Below are positions 1-11,410 of a DNA stretch of 64,000 nucleotides, piece after piece. The notes beneath the pieces are model-generated. The model was not told where the DNA came from, made no database searches, and worked only from the letters and a program-made list of their open reading frames with translations. Source of the DNA: Alphaproteobacteria bacterium (GTDB lineage Bacteria; Pseudomonadota; Alphaproteobacteria; Bin95); the NCBI GenBank assembly GCA_965205265.1, contig CBDBGH010000003.1, positions 96,001-160,000 of the forward strand, in the 5' to 3' direction. The position numbers were made by a program, and so were the translations under genes. Position 1 is the stretch's first letter; every line of letters starts with the position of its first letter.

Positions 1-238
1 TGTCAGGCGAGAACACCAACCGATGACCGCGCGCAAGGTTCAGCGCAAATTGGCCTTCCCTGTCCCCTGTCAGCGGATGAGGATGCCCAGCCTGCAAGTC
101 GGTCACGCAAGGTGCGGCCTCTATATCGCTCAAGCGTGCACGCAGCTTTCTGGCGCTATCCGGACCGAGACGACGTGTCGCCTGCTGTTCCTGCTCGCAG
201 AGCTTTCGCAGCCGCCGGTTTCGGAAGCCGATGTGCAT
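1..238 (-). CDS. HigB-like (plasmid maintenance killer family) toxin, 3' end runs off the window
   Basis: Not in the ORF track; manual translation MHIGFRNRRLRKLCEQEQQATRRLGPDSARKLRARLSDIEAAPCVTDLQAGHPHPLTGDREGQFALNLARGHRLVF has the HigB-type HPLxGDRxGQFA motif. Confidence 0.75.
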   Translation of the reverse strand, partial: MHIGFRNRRLRKLCEQEQQATRRLGPDSARKLRARLSDIEAAPCVTDLQAGHPHPLTGDREGQFALNLARGHRLVFSPD

Positions 239-259
239 GAGGACAAAATGTTAAAGCAA

Positions 260-276
260 TTTACCAAACTGGTAAA
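260..276. promoter_or_regulatory. Palindromic operator upstream of the HigB-like gene
   Basis: Perfect inverted repeat TTTACCA-aac-TGGTAAA in an AT-rich stretch about 20 bp upstream of the ATG. Confidence 0.55.
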
Positions 277-309
277 CCATAGAATTCGGCTTAAGCCATT
301 TTCCGCCCC

Positions 310-1224
310 TCACTCCAGCCCCATCAGGCTGCGGGCGAAGTCTCGGGGGGCGAAGGGGCGGAGGTCTTCTTTGCCTTCGCCGACGCCGACGGCGTGGACC
401 GGCAGGCCGACGGTTTCCGCCAGCGCGACCACAACGCCGCCCCTGGCCGAGCCGTCGAGCTTGGTCACGACCAACCCGGTCACCTCCGCCATGTCGCGGA
501 AGGCGCGGACCTGTTGCAGCGCGTTCTGGCCCGTGGTGGCGTCCAAGGTCAGCACGGTGTCGTGCGGCGCGTCCGCGTCCTGCTTGGCGATCACGCGGGC
601 GATCTTGCGCAACTCGTCCATAAGGTTGGCCTTGTTGTGCAGCCGCCCGGCCGTGTCGATCAGCAATATGTCGATGCCGTCCCGGATCGCCTGCGCGTGG
701 GCGTCGAAGACAAGGCCGGCGGCGTCCGCCCCGGTCGGCCTCGCGACGACGGGGGCGCCGACCCGCTCGCCCCACAGCTGCAATTGCTCCACCGCCGCCG
801 CGCGGAAGGTGTCGCCCGCCGCCAGCAGCACGGAGCGGCCCTCGGCGCGGAAGGCGTGGGCGAGCTTGCCGATCGTCGTCGTCTTGCCGGTGCCGTTCAC
901 GCCCACCACCAGGATGACATGCGGCTTGCGGGCCGGATCGGCGACGAGCGGGCGGGCCACCGGCTCCAGCAGGCCGGCGATCTCGTCCGCCAGCACGTCG
1001 CGCACTTCCTCGCCCGACACCTCCTTGCCGAAGCGCGTGCGGGCGAGGCCCGACGCCAGGCGCGCGGCGGTCGCTGGCCCGAGGTCCGCCGTGATGAGCA
1101 GGTCCTCCAGCTCCTCCAGCGCCTCGCCGTCCAGGCGGCGCCGGTTGAAGATGCCCGCAATCCCGTCCGCGAGGCGGTCGGAGGATCGCGACAGCCCCTG
1201 CCTCAGCCGCTGGAGCCAGCTCAC
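310..1224 (-). CDS. ftsY: SRP receptor FtsY
   Basis: GVNGTGKTTT, DTFRAAA, DTAGRL, TKLDG motifs; GTG start overlaps the mtaB stop. Confidence 0.95.
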   Translation of the reverse strand: MSWLQRLRQGLSRSSDRLADGIAGIFNRRRLDGEALEELEDLLITADLGPATAARLASGLARTRFGKEVSGEEVRDVLADEIAGLLEPVARPLVADPARKPHVILVVGVNGTGKTTTIGKLAHAFRAEGRSVLLAAGDTFRAAAVEQLQLWGERVGAPVVARPTGADAAGLVFDAHAQAIRDGIDILLIDTAGRLHNKANLMDELRKIARVIAKQDADAPHDTVLTLDATTGQNALQQVRAFRDMAEVTGLVVTKLDGSARGGVVVALAETVGLPVHAVGVGEGKEDLRPFAPRDFARSLMGLE

Positions 1225-2465
1225 GCCGCGAGCACCTCCGCGACCAGCCGCCCGGCCTCGGCCCGGCGGACCCGCGCGCGCCGGACCGAGCCGGGGAGGG
1301 CCAGCCCTTCCAGACGGGCCAGCGCGAACTGCTCCGTGCGTCCGACGCCCTCGCGCTCCACAGCGACGCGCTCGGTCAGCCCGACCCGGCTTGCGAGGAA
1401 GCGCCCGGCCGCGGCCTCGCCTGCGGCGCGGAGACGACAGGCGCGCTCCTTGCGGACCGGCGCGGCCACCTGCGGCATCCGCGCCGCAGGCGTGCCCCGG
1501 CGCGGCGAATAGGGAAAGACGTGCAGCCAGGTGAGCGGGCAGGCCTCCACCAGTTCTAGGCTGCGGGCGAACATCGCCTCGGTCTCGGTCGGGAAGCCGG
1601 CGATCAGGTCCGCGCCGAAGGCGATTTCCGGACGCAGCGTCCGGAGCCGCCCGCAAAGCGATATGACATCGGCAGCCAGATGCCGTCGCTTCATGCGCTT
1701 CAGCACCATGTCGTCGCCCGCCTGCACGGAGAGGTGCAGATGCGGCATCAGCCGGGGCTCCTCCGCCAGCAGCCGGAAGAGCTCATCGTCGATGGCGGCG
1801 GGATCGACGGAGGAGAGCCGGAGCCGCTTCAGTTCCGGGACCTGCGCCAGCAACCGCCGGACCGCCTGCCCCAGCCGGGGCGCGCCCGGCAGGTCCGCGC
1901 CCCACGACGCGATGTCAACGCCGGTCAGCACGATCTCGGCCGCGCCCGCCTCCAGCAGCCGACGGGTCTGCGCGGCGATCTCGCCGAGCGGCACGCTGCG
2001 GCTCGGGCCCCGCCCGTAAGGAATTATGCAGAAGGTGCAGCGATGGTCGCAGCCCTGCTGCACCTGGACGAAGGCCCGCGCCCGGCCGCCGAAGCCGTCC
2101 AGCAGATGCGGGGCGGTCTCCCGCACGCTCATGATGTCGTCCACCAGCGCCGGCGGCGCATCCGGCTTCCACGCCCCGGCGGTCAGCTTCTCGGCATTGC
2201 CGACGACCCGGTCCACCTCCTCCATGGCGAGCCAGCGTTCCGGCGCGATCTGGGCGGCGCAGCCCGTGACCACGATCTCGGCCTCAGGGCGCTCGCGTCG
2301 GGCCTTGCGGATCGCCTGCCGCGCCTGCCGCTCGGCTTCGGCCGTCACCGCGCAGGTGTTGAAGACCAGGGCGTCCTCGAGGCCGGCCTCGGCCGTCAGC
2401 CGGCGCATCGCCTCCGATTCCCAGGCATTGAGGCGGCAGCCGAAGGTGACGATCCCGGCGGTCAC
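1221..2465 (-). CDS. mtaB: tRNA t6A37 methylthiotransferase MtaB
   Basis: TFGCRLN, NTCAVT, radical SAM CDHRCTFC; lies between dapF and ftsY. Confidence 0.93.
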   Translation of the reverse strand: MTAGIVTFGCRLNAWESEAMRRLTAEAGLEDALVFNTCAVTAEAERQARQAIRKARRERPEAEIVVTGCAAQIAPERWLAMEEVDRVVGNAEKLTAGAWKPDAPPALVDDIMSVRETAPHLLDGFGGRARAFVQVQQGCDHRCTFCIIPYGRGPSRSVPLGEIAAQTRRLLEAGAAEIVLTGVDIASWGADLPGAPRLGQAVRRLLAQVPELKRLRLSSVDPAAIDDELFRLLAEEPRLMPHLHLSVQAGDDMVLKRMKRRHLAADVISLCGRLRTLRPEIAFGADLIAGFPTETEAMFARSLELVEACPLTWLHVFPYSPRRGTPAARMPQVAAPVRKERACRLRAAGEAAAGRFLASRVGLTERVAVEREGVGRTEQFALARLEGLALPGSVRRARVRRAEAGRLVAEVLAA

Positions 2466-3301
2466 GGCCCCGCCTCCGGCACATGCGCCTCCAGCTCCCC
2501 CCGAAAGCTCACTGCGGCCGGCCCGGTCATAAGCAGATGGCCGTCGCTTTCGCGCCACTCGATGCCGAGCGTGCCGCCGTCGAGCCGCACGTCGATCCGG
2601 CGCTCGCCGAGGCCCCGCCGGACGGCGGCCGCGACTGCCGCACAAGCGCCGGTGCCGCAGGCGCGGGTGATGCCGACGCTGCGCTCCCAGACCCGAAGCC
2701 GCATCGCGTCGCGGCCCTGCATCTCGGCCACGCCCACATTGGCGCGCTCCGGGAAGAGGGCATGATGCTCGACCTCCGGTCCCCAGCGTTCCAGGTCCAC
2801 CGCCCCTGCGTCTTCCACGAAGAAGGTGGCGTGCGGATTGCCGACATTGGTGGCCGTCGGCCCCGCCAGCGGGCCGCAGTTCAGGTCGAGGCGGAGCGTG
2901 TCCGCCGGGCCGGCCAGCGGAATCTCGTCCCAGGCAAGCCGCGCCGGCCCCATGTCCACCCGCACCGCTTCGCCGGGGCCGCGCGCGGCCCGGAGCGTCC
3001 CCGCGACAGTCTCGACCGACGCTTCGTCCCGCCCGCGCTCGTCGAACAGGAGCGCCGCCACGCAGCGCGTGCCGTTGCCGCAGGCCTCGACCTCGCCGCC
3101 GTCGGCATTGCGGATTTCCATGAACACATCGCCATCGTGCATGGGCGGGCGCAGCACCATGAACTGGTCGCAGCCGATGCCGGTGCGCCGGTCCGCCACG
3201 CGGCGGTAGCCCGCCTCGGACCAGTCGAGCGGGCGGGCGCGCGCATCCAGCACGACGAAATCGTTGCCGAGTCCGTGCATCTTGACGAAGGGAATGCCCA
3301 T
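2462..3301 (-). CDS. dapF: Diaminopimelate epimerase
   Basis: KMHGLGNDF, ACGNGTRC, GNPH, RVWER, ACGTGACA. Confidence 0.95.
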   Translation of the reverse strand: MGIPFVKMHGLGNDFVVLDARARPLDWSEAGYRRVADRRTGIGCDQFMVLRPPMHDGDVFMEIRNADGGEVEACGNGTRCVAALLFDERGRDEASVETVAGTLRAARGPGEAVRVDMGPARLAWDEIPLAGPADTLRLDLNCGPLAGPTATNVGNPHATFFVEDAGAVDLERWGPEVEHHALFPERANVGVAEMQGRDAMRLRVWERSVGITRACGTGACAAVAAAVRRGLGERRIDVRLDGGTLGIEWRESDGHLLMTGPAAVSFRGELEAHVPEAGP

Positions 3302-3463
3302 GGCCTGCCCGCGACCTCCGAACGCCGCTCCCGGCAGCGGCGGGACCCTATCTAGGTCCGAAGCCCGCCCCGCGCAATGGCGGGAACCGCCCGGATTGCC
3401 CGATATGCAGGGTGCATGTATATTTTTGATGTCAATGAAGACGCAGCATCGAAGGCGGTATGG

Positions 3464-3700
3464 ATGGCGCAACTCACGGTTAGGAAGCTGAGTAAGGAAG
3501 TCGTTGGCGCGCTGAGGCGGCGCGCGGCGGCTAACGGACGGTCCGCCGAAGCCGAGCATCGCGCAATCCTGCGTGAAACGCTGCTTGGAACGGAAGAAGA
3601 GTTTGCCACGCGCGCAGCTGCGTTGCGGCGGAGGCTTCGCTCCTCGGTGGATAGCACAGCCGTAATACGAGAGGACCGGGACCGGGAAAGCACAGCGTGA
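3464..3700 (+). CDS. FitA-like ribbon-helix-helix antitoxin
   Basis: MAQLTVRKL...RAAANGRSAEAEHRAIL; stop overlaps the PIN gene start. Confidence 0.85.
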   Translation: MAQLTVRKLSKEVVGALRRRAAANGRSAEAEHRAILRETLLGTEEEFATRAAALRRRLRSSVDSTAVIREDRDRESTA

Positions 3701-4137
3701 CCGGATATGTCGTCGATGCCAGCGTCGCGGTGAAATGGCTGGTCGAGGAAGTGCTTTCGGACGCGGCCGCCACTCTTCTGGACGATGACTCGGCCCTTGT
3801 CGCGCCGCCTCTCCTGTTCGCCGAGGCCGCCAATGCGCTCTGGGCCATGCGCCGGCGTGGAGATATCGCGGCAGCCGACCTTGCGGAGGCGGTGGAGACC
3901 TTGAGGGCAGCGCCGGTTTCGATACCGGTGTCGATGTCCGACCTCACGTCGGCAGCGACACGCTTGGCGAGCGATCTCGACCATCCGGTTTACGACTGTT
4001 TCTACCTCGCGCTCGCGGTTCATACGCAATATCCGGTCGTGACCGCCGATACGCGCTTCCACGACAAGGTGCGCCGTCACCCCTATCTTTCGGATCGTAT
4101 CCTGCATCTGGCCGACTTGTCGGCGGAGGAAGCGTAG
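3697..4137 (+). CDS. vapC: VapC/PIN-domain toxin
   Basis: VVDASVAVKW, EAANAL, YDCFYLALA, VTAD. Confidence 0.9.
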   Translation: MTGYVVDASVAVKWLVEEVLSDAAATLLDDDSALVAPPLLFAEAANALWAMRRRGDIAAADLAEAVETLRAAPVSIPVSMSDLTSAATRLASDLDHPVYDCFYLALAVHTQYPVVTADTRFHDKVRRHPYLSDRILHLADLSAEEA

Positions 4138-4252
4138 CAGCGGGTCCGGGAAGCGGAAGGCTGCCTTGACGGGTCCGCAGCCGGCTCATACGACTCTTCG
4201 GGACGGACAGGCCCCCGGCCAGACAGTGTGCAAGACACAGGGAGTTGGATCG

Positions 4253-4582
4253 ATGGCAGACCCCGACGCGAGGCCCTATGTCATCGAGCGCCGCGAGACG
4301 GTGGCCGAGACCGACACGCTGCGCGTCGGCATACTGACGCTCGCGGAGGGACAGGAGGTGCCCTGGCACTACCACAGCGAGATCGAGGACACCTTCTACT
4401 GCCTCGAAGGCACGCTCTCGGTGGAAACCCGTGCGCCCAGGGCGCAGCACCTGCTGGCGGTCGGCGAAAGCTGCGCCGTGCCGAAAATGACCGCGCACCG
4501 CGTCACCGGGAAGGACGGCGCCCGCGCCCGCTTCCTGATCGTGCAGGGCGTAGGCGCCTACGACTTCTGTCCCGTCGGCTGA
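4253..4582 (+). CDS. Cupin domain protein
   Basis: VPWHYH...FYCLEG and HRV cupin motifs. Confidence 0.85.
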   Translation: MADPDARPYVIERRETVAETDTLRVGILTLAEGQEVPWHYHSEIEDTFYCLEGTLSVETRAPRAQHLLAVGESCAVPKMTAHRVTGKDGARARFLIVQGVGAYDFCPVG

Positions 4583-4715
4583 GCATCGGTTCGCTGGAAC
4601 TCCGCTTCGGGCTGCGGCGGCAGGCGCCCTAGGGTGACGGCAGCCGTCGAACCGATGCAGAATGGCCGCAACCGAACGGGGAGGCGGCGGTATCGCCGCG
4701 ATCTGGGGGAAGCGC

Positions 4716-5498
4716 ATGGACTATGAAGGCCGGACCGTCATCGTGACGGGCGCAGGCACCGGCGTGGGGGCGGCTGCTGCGCAGCGCCTCGCCAAAGGCG
4801 GCGCGAATGTCATCGTCAACTACGCCCGCAGCCGGGACGAGGCGGAGGCCGTGGCCACCGCCTGCCGGGAAGCAGGCGGCGACGCCGCGGCGGTGCAGGG
4901 CGATGTGGCGGATGACGACGACTGCAAGCGCCTTGCCGGAGAGGCCGTTGCGCGCTGGGGCCGGATCGACGGGCTCATCAACAGCGCCGGCACGACGGTA
5001 TTCAGGCCCGGTAACGACTTCGAGACGCTCTCGCAGGAGGACTTCCAGCGCATCTACAGCGTGAATGTCGTCGGCGCCTTCCTGATGACGCGCGCCGTTG
5101 CGGCGCAGATGAAGGCCCAGGGCAGCGGCAGCGTCGTCAACATATCGTCCATCGCGGGCGTGATGGGCGTCGGCAGCTCCATCGCCTATGCCGCGTCCAA
5201 GGGCGCGCTGAATACGCTGACGCTCTCGCTGGCGCGCGCTCTCGCTCCGGAAATCCGGGTCAACACGGTGGCGCCCGGCTTCATCACCGGCCGCTGGTGG
5301 CGGGAGAAGATGGGCGAGGGCTACGACAAGATGGTCGCCAGCACCGAGGCGGCAACGCCGCTCAAGCGCGCCGGCACGCCGGAGGACATGGCGGCGGCCG
5401 CCGTCTGGCTGCTCTGCGGCGACATCAACGTCACCGGCGAGATCCTGATCTCGGACGCCGGCATGCATCTCGGCGCAGCGCCCCTCAAGGCGCGTTGA
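4716..5498 (+). CDS. SDR family oxidoreductase
   Basis: TGAGTGVG, NSAG, YAASK. Confidence 0.92.
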   Translation: MDYEGRTVIVTGAGTGVGAAAAQRLAKGGANVIVNYARSRDEAEAVATACREAGGDAAAVQGDVADDDDCKRLAGEAVARWGRIDGLINSAGTTVFRPGNDFETLSQEDFQRIYSVNVVGAFLMTRAVAAQMKAQGSGSVVNISSIAGVMGVGSSIAYAASKGALNTLTLSLARALAPEIRVNTVAPGFITGRWWREKMGEGYDKMVASTEAATPLKRAGTPEDMAAAAVWLLCGDINVTGEILISDAGMHLGAAPLKAR

Positions 5499-5516
5499 GT
5501 CTCCGGACCGCGAGGG

Positions 5517-7025
<1,509 letters not shown>

Positions 7026-7132
7026 CGTTCGGTCCTCTCCGGAAAACGGGGATGGCGGCGGGCTTGCCTGCGGCCGCCAACCCGATTTTCCTCCATTGCC
7101 GCAACGGGGTGCAAGCCCGTCGTCCCGGCCGC

Positions 7133-10100
7133 TCACCAGGTGTCGATGAAGGCGTATTTCTTGCCCTCGCGCGGCGGCGCGGGCGGCAGGCGCTTCAGGC
7201 TGTTCGCGATCCAGCGCCGCGTCTCCGCCGGGTCGATCACGTCGTCGAGCCCGCCGCCGGCCGCGGCGTTGACGGCACGGGCGCGCTCATAGGCGTCCGC
7301 GACCCGGCGGTCGAACTCGGCCTTGCGCTCTTCCGCGCTTTCGAGGGCCGCCAGGACGGGCCGGAAGCCCAGTTTCACCGCGCCCTCGATGTTCATGCCG
7401 GCGAACTCCGCCGTCGGCCACGCCACCATGCAGAAGCTCACCAGCGCGCTCGCTCCGCACATGGCCTGCACGCCGAGCCCGTAGGCCTTGCGGACGATGA
7501 CGCCGAACATCGGCACGCTGAGATTGGCCCCGGTGTTGAACAGCCGCGTGCAATGGCGGACCAGTGCCGTGCGCTCTTGGTCGGGACCGACCATGATGCC
7601 GGGGCAGTCCATCAGGCTCAGCACCGGAATGTCGAAGGCGTCGCAAAGCTGCAGGAAGCGCGCGCCCTTGTCCGCGCCGTCAGAGTCCACCGCCCCCGCC
7701 AGGTGGTGCGGATTGTTGGCGATGACGCCCATCGGGCGGCCTTCGATGCGGATGAGGCAGGTGATGATGCCGATGCCGAACTTCTCGCGCAGCTCCAGAA
7801 CGGAGTCCTTGTCCGCAAGCGTGCGGACGATCTCCCGCATGTCGTAGAGGCGCACCCGGTTCTCCGGCACCGCGTGGCGCAGCATGCGCTGGTCGCCGCC
7901 CTCCTCCCAGCGGTCTATGGGCCCCTGGAAATAGGAGAGGTAGCGCTTGGCGACATCGACCGCTTCGTCCTCGTCCTCGACCAGGATATCGACCACGCCG
8001 TTCGGCACCTGGAATTCCATGGGCCCCACTTCTTCGGGCGTATAGACGCCGAGGCCGCCGCCTTCGATCATGGCGGGGCCGCCCATGGCGATGGTGGAAC
8101 TCTTCGTGGCGATGATGACATCGCAGCAGGCGAGCAGCGCGGTGTTGCCGGCGAAGCAGCGGCCGTTGTTGATGCCTACCAGCGGCACGAGGCCGCTGAG
8201 GCGCGAGAAGGTGGTGAAGGTGTCGGTGTCGAAGGCGACGCGCGGGCCGGTATTGTCGTCGCCGGGCCGCCCGCCGCCGCCCTCGGAGAACAGGACCACC
8301 GGCAGGCGGAAGCGCTGCGCCAGTTCGAACATCCGGTCCTGCTTGTAGTGGTTGCGCCGCCCCTGCGTGCCCGCGAGCACGGTGTAGTCGTAATGCACGA
8401 CGACGGCCCGCGAGCGGGTGTCGTCGAAGTCGGCGCCGTTGACCGAGGCCGTTCCCGCAACCACGCCGTCGGCGGGATATTTCCGCCTCAGCGTTTCGAT
8501 GTCGTAGCGCTGGTGCTGGAGCGCCGTCAGCAGCGGCCAGTATTCCTGGAAGGAGCCGGGATCGACCAGCCGGTCGATATTCTCGCGCGGCATCCGGTAG
8601 CCCATCCCGTGCCGCCGGGCGACCGCCTCCGGGCGGTTCTCGTCCAGCGTGTGGGCGTGGCGCCCGACAACCTCCTCGAGGTCCGGACGGATGAAGTCCG
8701 GATCGACTTCCCGGCCGCCCTCGGCGAAATCGCCCTCGACCTCCGCCGGCTCGATGAAGGCGATGGGCCAGCCTTCGCGCACCACGTCGCCCTCGTTCAT
8801 CGTCACCCGGCGCACGATCCCGGCCCGTCCGGCCCGGATTTCGTGCTCCATCTTCATCGCCTCGACCACCGCGACCGGCTGGCCGGCAAGAACCCGGTCC
8901 CCCTCCGCGACCAGCAGCGAGACGATGGTGCCCTGGATGGGCGACGCCACGCCGGCGAGGCCCTCCGGCTCGGGCGGCCGCGGCCGGTTTCGCCCGGCCT
9001 CGGCGGCCTTGACCGCGCGGTCGTGGTCGAAGAGAGCCAGCGGGTCCGTGCTGTCCACCCGCGCGCCGGCGAAGCCGTCCTCTCCGTTCGCCGGCGCCGC
9101 GCCTGGCGCGAAGCGGGGCCGCAGTCCTTCCGGCGGGGCGGCGAGCGCGGCGGCGCTCTCCTCCACCCAGCGGGTATGGGTGCGCCCGGCGGCGAAGTCC
9201 TCATGCGCCAGCACATTCAGGAGGAAGGGGATATTGGTGCCGACGCCCTCGATGCGGAACTCGGCGAGCGCGCGCCGGGTCCGCGCCGCCGCGTCTGCAA
9301 AAGCGGAGGAGGGCGCATGGCAGATCACCTTGGCGAGCAAGGAGTCGAAGGCAGTGCTGGTGCGGTAGCCGGCATAGCCGAAACCGTCCACCCGCACGCC
9401 CGGTCCGCTCGGCGCCTCATAGGCCTCGATCAGCCCGGCTTCGGGACGCACGGAGCCGTCCCCAGCCACGGTCTCCATATTGATCCGCGCCTGGATCGCA
9501 TGGCCGCGCGGCCGGACGGCGGCCGGGTCGTCGAGGCCGAGCTCGGCGAGCATGGCGCCGCCGGCCAGCCGGAACTGCGTCTCCACCAGATCGACCCCCG
9601 TCACGGCCTCCGTCACCGTGTGTTCGACCTGCAGCCGGGCATTGGCCTCGATGAAGAAGAATCCCGTTCCTTCGGGGCGTTCGCCGGCGTCCACCAGGAA
9701 TTCGAAGGTCCCGAGATTGACATAGCCGACCGACCGGGCGAGCCGCACCGCGGCTTCGGCCATCTCGCGGCGCAGGTCCGGGTCGAGGCCGGGCGCGGGC
9801 GCGGTCTCGACGATTTTCTGGTAGCGGCGCTGGACGCTGCATTCGCGCTCGCCCAGATGCACGGCATGGCCTGTCCGGTCGCCGAGCACCTGGACCTCGA
9901 TATGCCGGGCGCGGGGGATGAACGCCTCGACATAGACATCGCCGCAGCCGAAGGCGGCCTCCGCTTCCGAACGGCAGCGCGCCCAGGCCGGCTCGACTTC
10001 GCTTGCGTCGAACACGGCGCGCGCGCCCCGCCCGCCGCCGCCGGCAAGCGCCTTTATCATCATGGCGCGGCCGGGCCCGAGCGTGTCGAAGAAGGCCTGC

Positions 10101-10528
10101 GCCTCTTCCAGCGATACCGCGCGGTCTATGCCCTCCAGAACGGGCACACCCGCCGCCCGCGCCGCCTTCCGTGCCTCGGCCTTGTCTCCGAAAAGGCGGA
10201 GATGATCGGGGTCCGGGCCGATGAAGCAAAGGCCGGCCTCGGCGCAGGCGTCTGCGAATTCCGCGCGCTCCGAAAGGAAGCCGTAGCCCGGGTGAACCGC
10301 GTCGTAGCCGCCGTCTTTCGCCGTCCGGACGATCCGTTCGATATCGAGATAGGCCGCAGGGCCCGTGCCGGAGAGCGGGTGCGCCTCGTCGGCCATGCGC
10401 GTGTGCAGGGAGGCGGCGTCGTCCTCGGAATAGACCGCGCCGGCGCGCAGGCCGAGGTCGGCGGCGGCGCGCGCGATGCGGATGGCGATCTCGCCCCGAT
10501 TGGCGATGAGGACGGCGGAAAGCGTCAT
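7133..10528 (-). CDS. Single-chain acyl-CoA carboxylase (biotin carboxylase + BCCP + carboxyltransferase)
   Basis: IANRGEIA, HPGYGFLSE, RECSVQRR, EAMKME, then carboxyltransferase motifs YTVLAGTQG and AMGGP. Confidence 0.92.
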   Translation of the reverse strand: MTLSAVLIANRGEIAIRIARAAADLGLRAGAVYSEDDAASLHTRMADEAHPLSGTGPAAYLDIERIVRTAKDGGYDAVHPGYGFLSERAEFADACAEAGLCFIGPDPDHLRLFGDKAEARKAARAAGVPVLEGIDRAVSLEEAQAFFDTLGPGRAMMIKALAGGGGRGARAVFDASEVEPAWARCRSEAEAAFGCGDVYVEAFIPRARHIEVQVLGDRTGHAVHLGERECSVQRRYQKIVETAPAPGLDPDLRREMAEAAVRLARSVGYVNLGTFEFLVDAGERPEGTGFFFIEANARLQVEHTVTEAVTGVDLVETQFRLAGGAMLAELGLDDPAAVRPRGHAIQARINMETVAGDGSVRPEAGLIEAYEAPSGPGVRVDGFGYAGYRTSTAFDSLLAKVICHAPSSAFADAAARTRRALAEFRIEGVGTNIPFLLNVLAHEDFAAGRTHTRWVEESAAALAAPPEGLRPRFAPGAAPANGEDGFAGARVDSTDPLALFDHDRAVKAAEAGRNRPRPPEPEGLAGVASPIQGTIVSLLVAEGDRVLAGQPVAVVEAMKMEHEIRAGRAGIVRRVTMNEGDVVREGWPIAFIEPAEVEGDFAEGGREVDPDFIRPDLEEVVGRHAHTLDENRPEAVARRHGMGYRMPRENIDRLVDPGSFQEYWPLLTALQHQRYDIETLRRKYPADGVVAGTASVNGADFDDTRSRAVVVHYDYTVLAGTQGRRNHYKQDRMFELAQRFRLPVVLFSEGGGGRPGDDNTGPRVAFDTDTFTTFSRLSGLVPLVGINNGRCFAGNTALLACCDVIIATKSSTIAMGGPAMIEGGGLGVYTPEEVGPMEFQVPNGVVDILVEDEDEAVDVAKRYLSYFQGPIDRWEEGGDQRMLRHAVPENRVRLYDMREIVRTLADKDSVLELREKFGIGIITCLIRIEGRPMGVIANNPHHLAGAVDSDGADKGARFLQLCDAFDIPVLSLMDCPGIMVGPDQERTALVRHCTRLFNTGANLSVPMFGVIVRKAYGLGVQAMCGASALVSFCMVAWPTAEFAGMNIEGAVKLGFRPVLAALESAEERKAEFDRRVADAYERARAVNAAAGGGLDDVIDPAETRRWIANSLKRLPPAPPREGKKYAFIDTW

Positions 10529-10583
10529 GCGGCCTCCTTCGCGCTTGCCGAGCGCGCGCGGGATCGGGTCGTTCGGCGGACAC

Positions 10584-11000
10584 TCAGGGCGTGGGCGCGT
10601 AGGGGTCGTAGGAGCCGAAATTCCAGAGATGCCCCTCCGGGTCGAGCGCGCCGTAGAGCTGCCCGCCATAGGGCTGGTCCTCCGGCGCCATCACGACCTC
10701 CGCCCCGGCGGCCGCGGCGCGCGCATGGTGCGCGTCCACATCGGCCACGATCAGGTAAGGGCACTGCGTCTGCCGGCCGCCGACCTCGCCGGGCGAGACC
10801 ATGCGCGTGTCGTAGTCCCCGTCGCGCGCTTGGCCCAGCATGACCATGCCGTGGCCGAAGGTCAGCTGCGCATGCTCGATCGCGCCGTCCTCGCCCTCGA
10901 CCACGAGATGGCGTTCGAAGCCGAAGGCGCGGCAAAGCCAGTCCAGCGCCGCGCGGGAATCGCGATAGCGGAGCGTCGGAATTACGGTGGGCGTCGGCAT
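10584..11000 (-). CDS. VOC/glyoxalase family protein
   Basis: LDWLCRAFGF, HAQLTFG, DPEGHLWNFGSY. Confidence 0.88.
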   Translation of the reverse strand: MPTPTVIPTLRYRDSRAALDWLCRAFGFERHLVVEGEDGAIEHAQLTFGHGMVMLGQARDGDYDTRMVSPGEVGGRQTQCPYLIVADVDAHHARAAAAGAEVVMAPEDQPYGGQLYGALDPEGHLWNFGSYDPYAPTP

Positions 11001-11098
11001 CGGGACCCCCTTCGTGAGCGGCCGGTCGCCGCCATTGGTCGCGCGCCTCCGCCCGCCGGTCAAGCCCGCCCGATAGAGGATTTATTTCTCAAAAAAGC

Positions 11099-11126
11099 TT
11101 GCAATCCTCCCGTCGCGCGCTATATT
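11099..11126 (+). promoter_or_regulatory. Sigma70-like promoter pointing into a non-coding repeat region
   Basis: TTGCAA-16 bp-TATATT with an A/T-rich tract upstream. Confidence 0.5.
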
Positions 11127-11257
11127 CCCTTCCCGGGTGCGGGTTGGAAGCGGGACCATGACTTGGACTTGAGCGGACGGGCGGTCGGGCCCCATGCAGC
11201 GAGAACCGGAAGCGTGAAAGCGCCGCGCGGCGGCAAACGGGGGAGTTGCGTGCGCGC

Positions 11258-11410
11258 GCCGGGGCGCCGGCGGAAATCATGCGGGCAGGTTTCACACGCC
11301 CGCCCCTTGTCCGGAGCCTGCGTCTCCGGCCGGGCGCGCCGGGGCGGCCCGGTCTGCGCCTGCCGGGGCGCCGGCGGAAATCATGCGGGCAGGTTTCACA
11401 TGCCCGCCCC
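11258..11410 (+). repeat. Two 49-bp direct repeats (11258-11306, 11362-11410)
   Basis: GCCGGGGCGCCGGCGGAAATCATGCGGGCAGGTTTCACA(C/T)GCCCGCCCC, one mismatch, 55-bp spacer. Confidence 0.9.

Noticed and set aside
7052-10843. 1263-aa plus-strand ORF and other long Arg/Ala/Pro-rich ORFs (e.g. 26600-29467, 44673-47099, 61864-63951)
   Set aside because: Shadow frames of real genes in high-GC DNA, with no recognisable motifs.
11258-11410. CRISPR array
   Set aside because: Only two long GC-rich repeats and no cas genes in the window.
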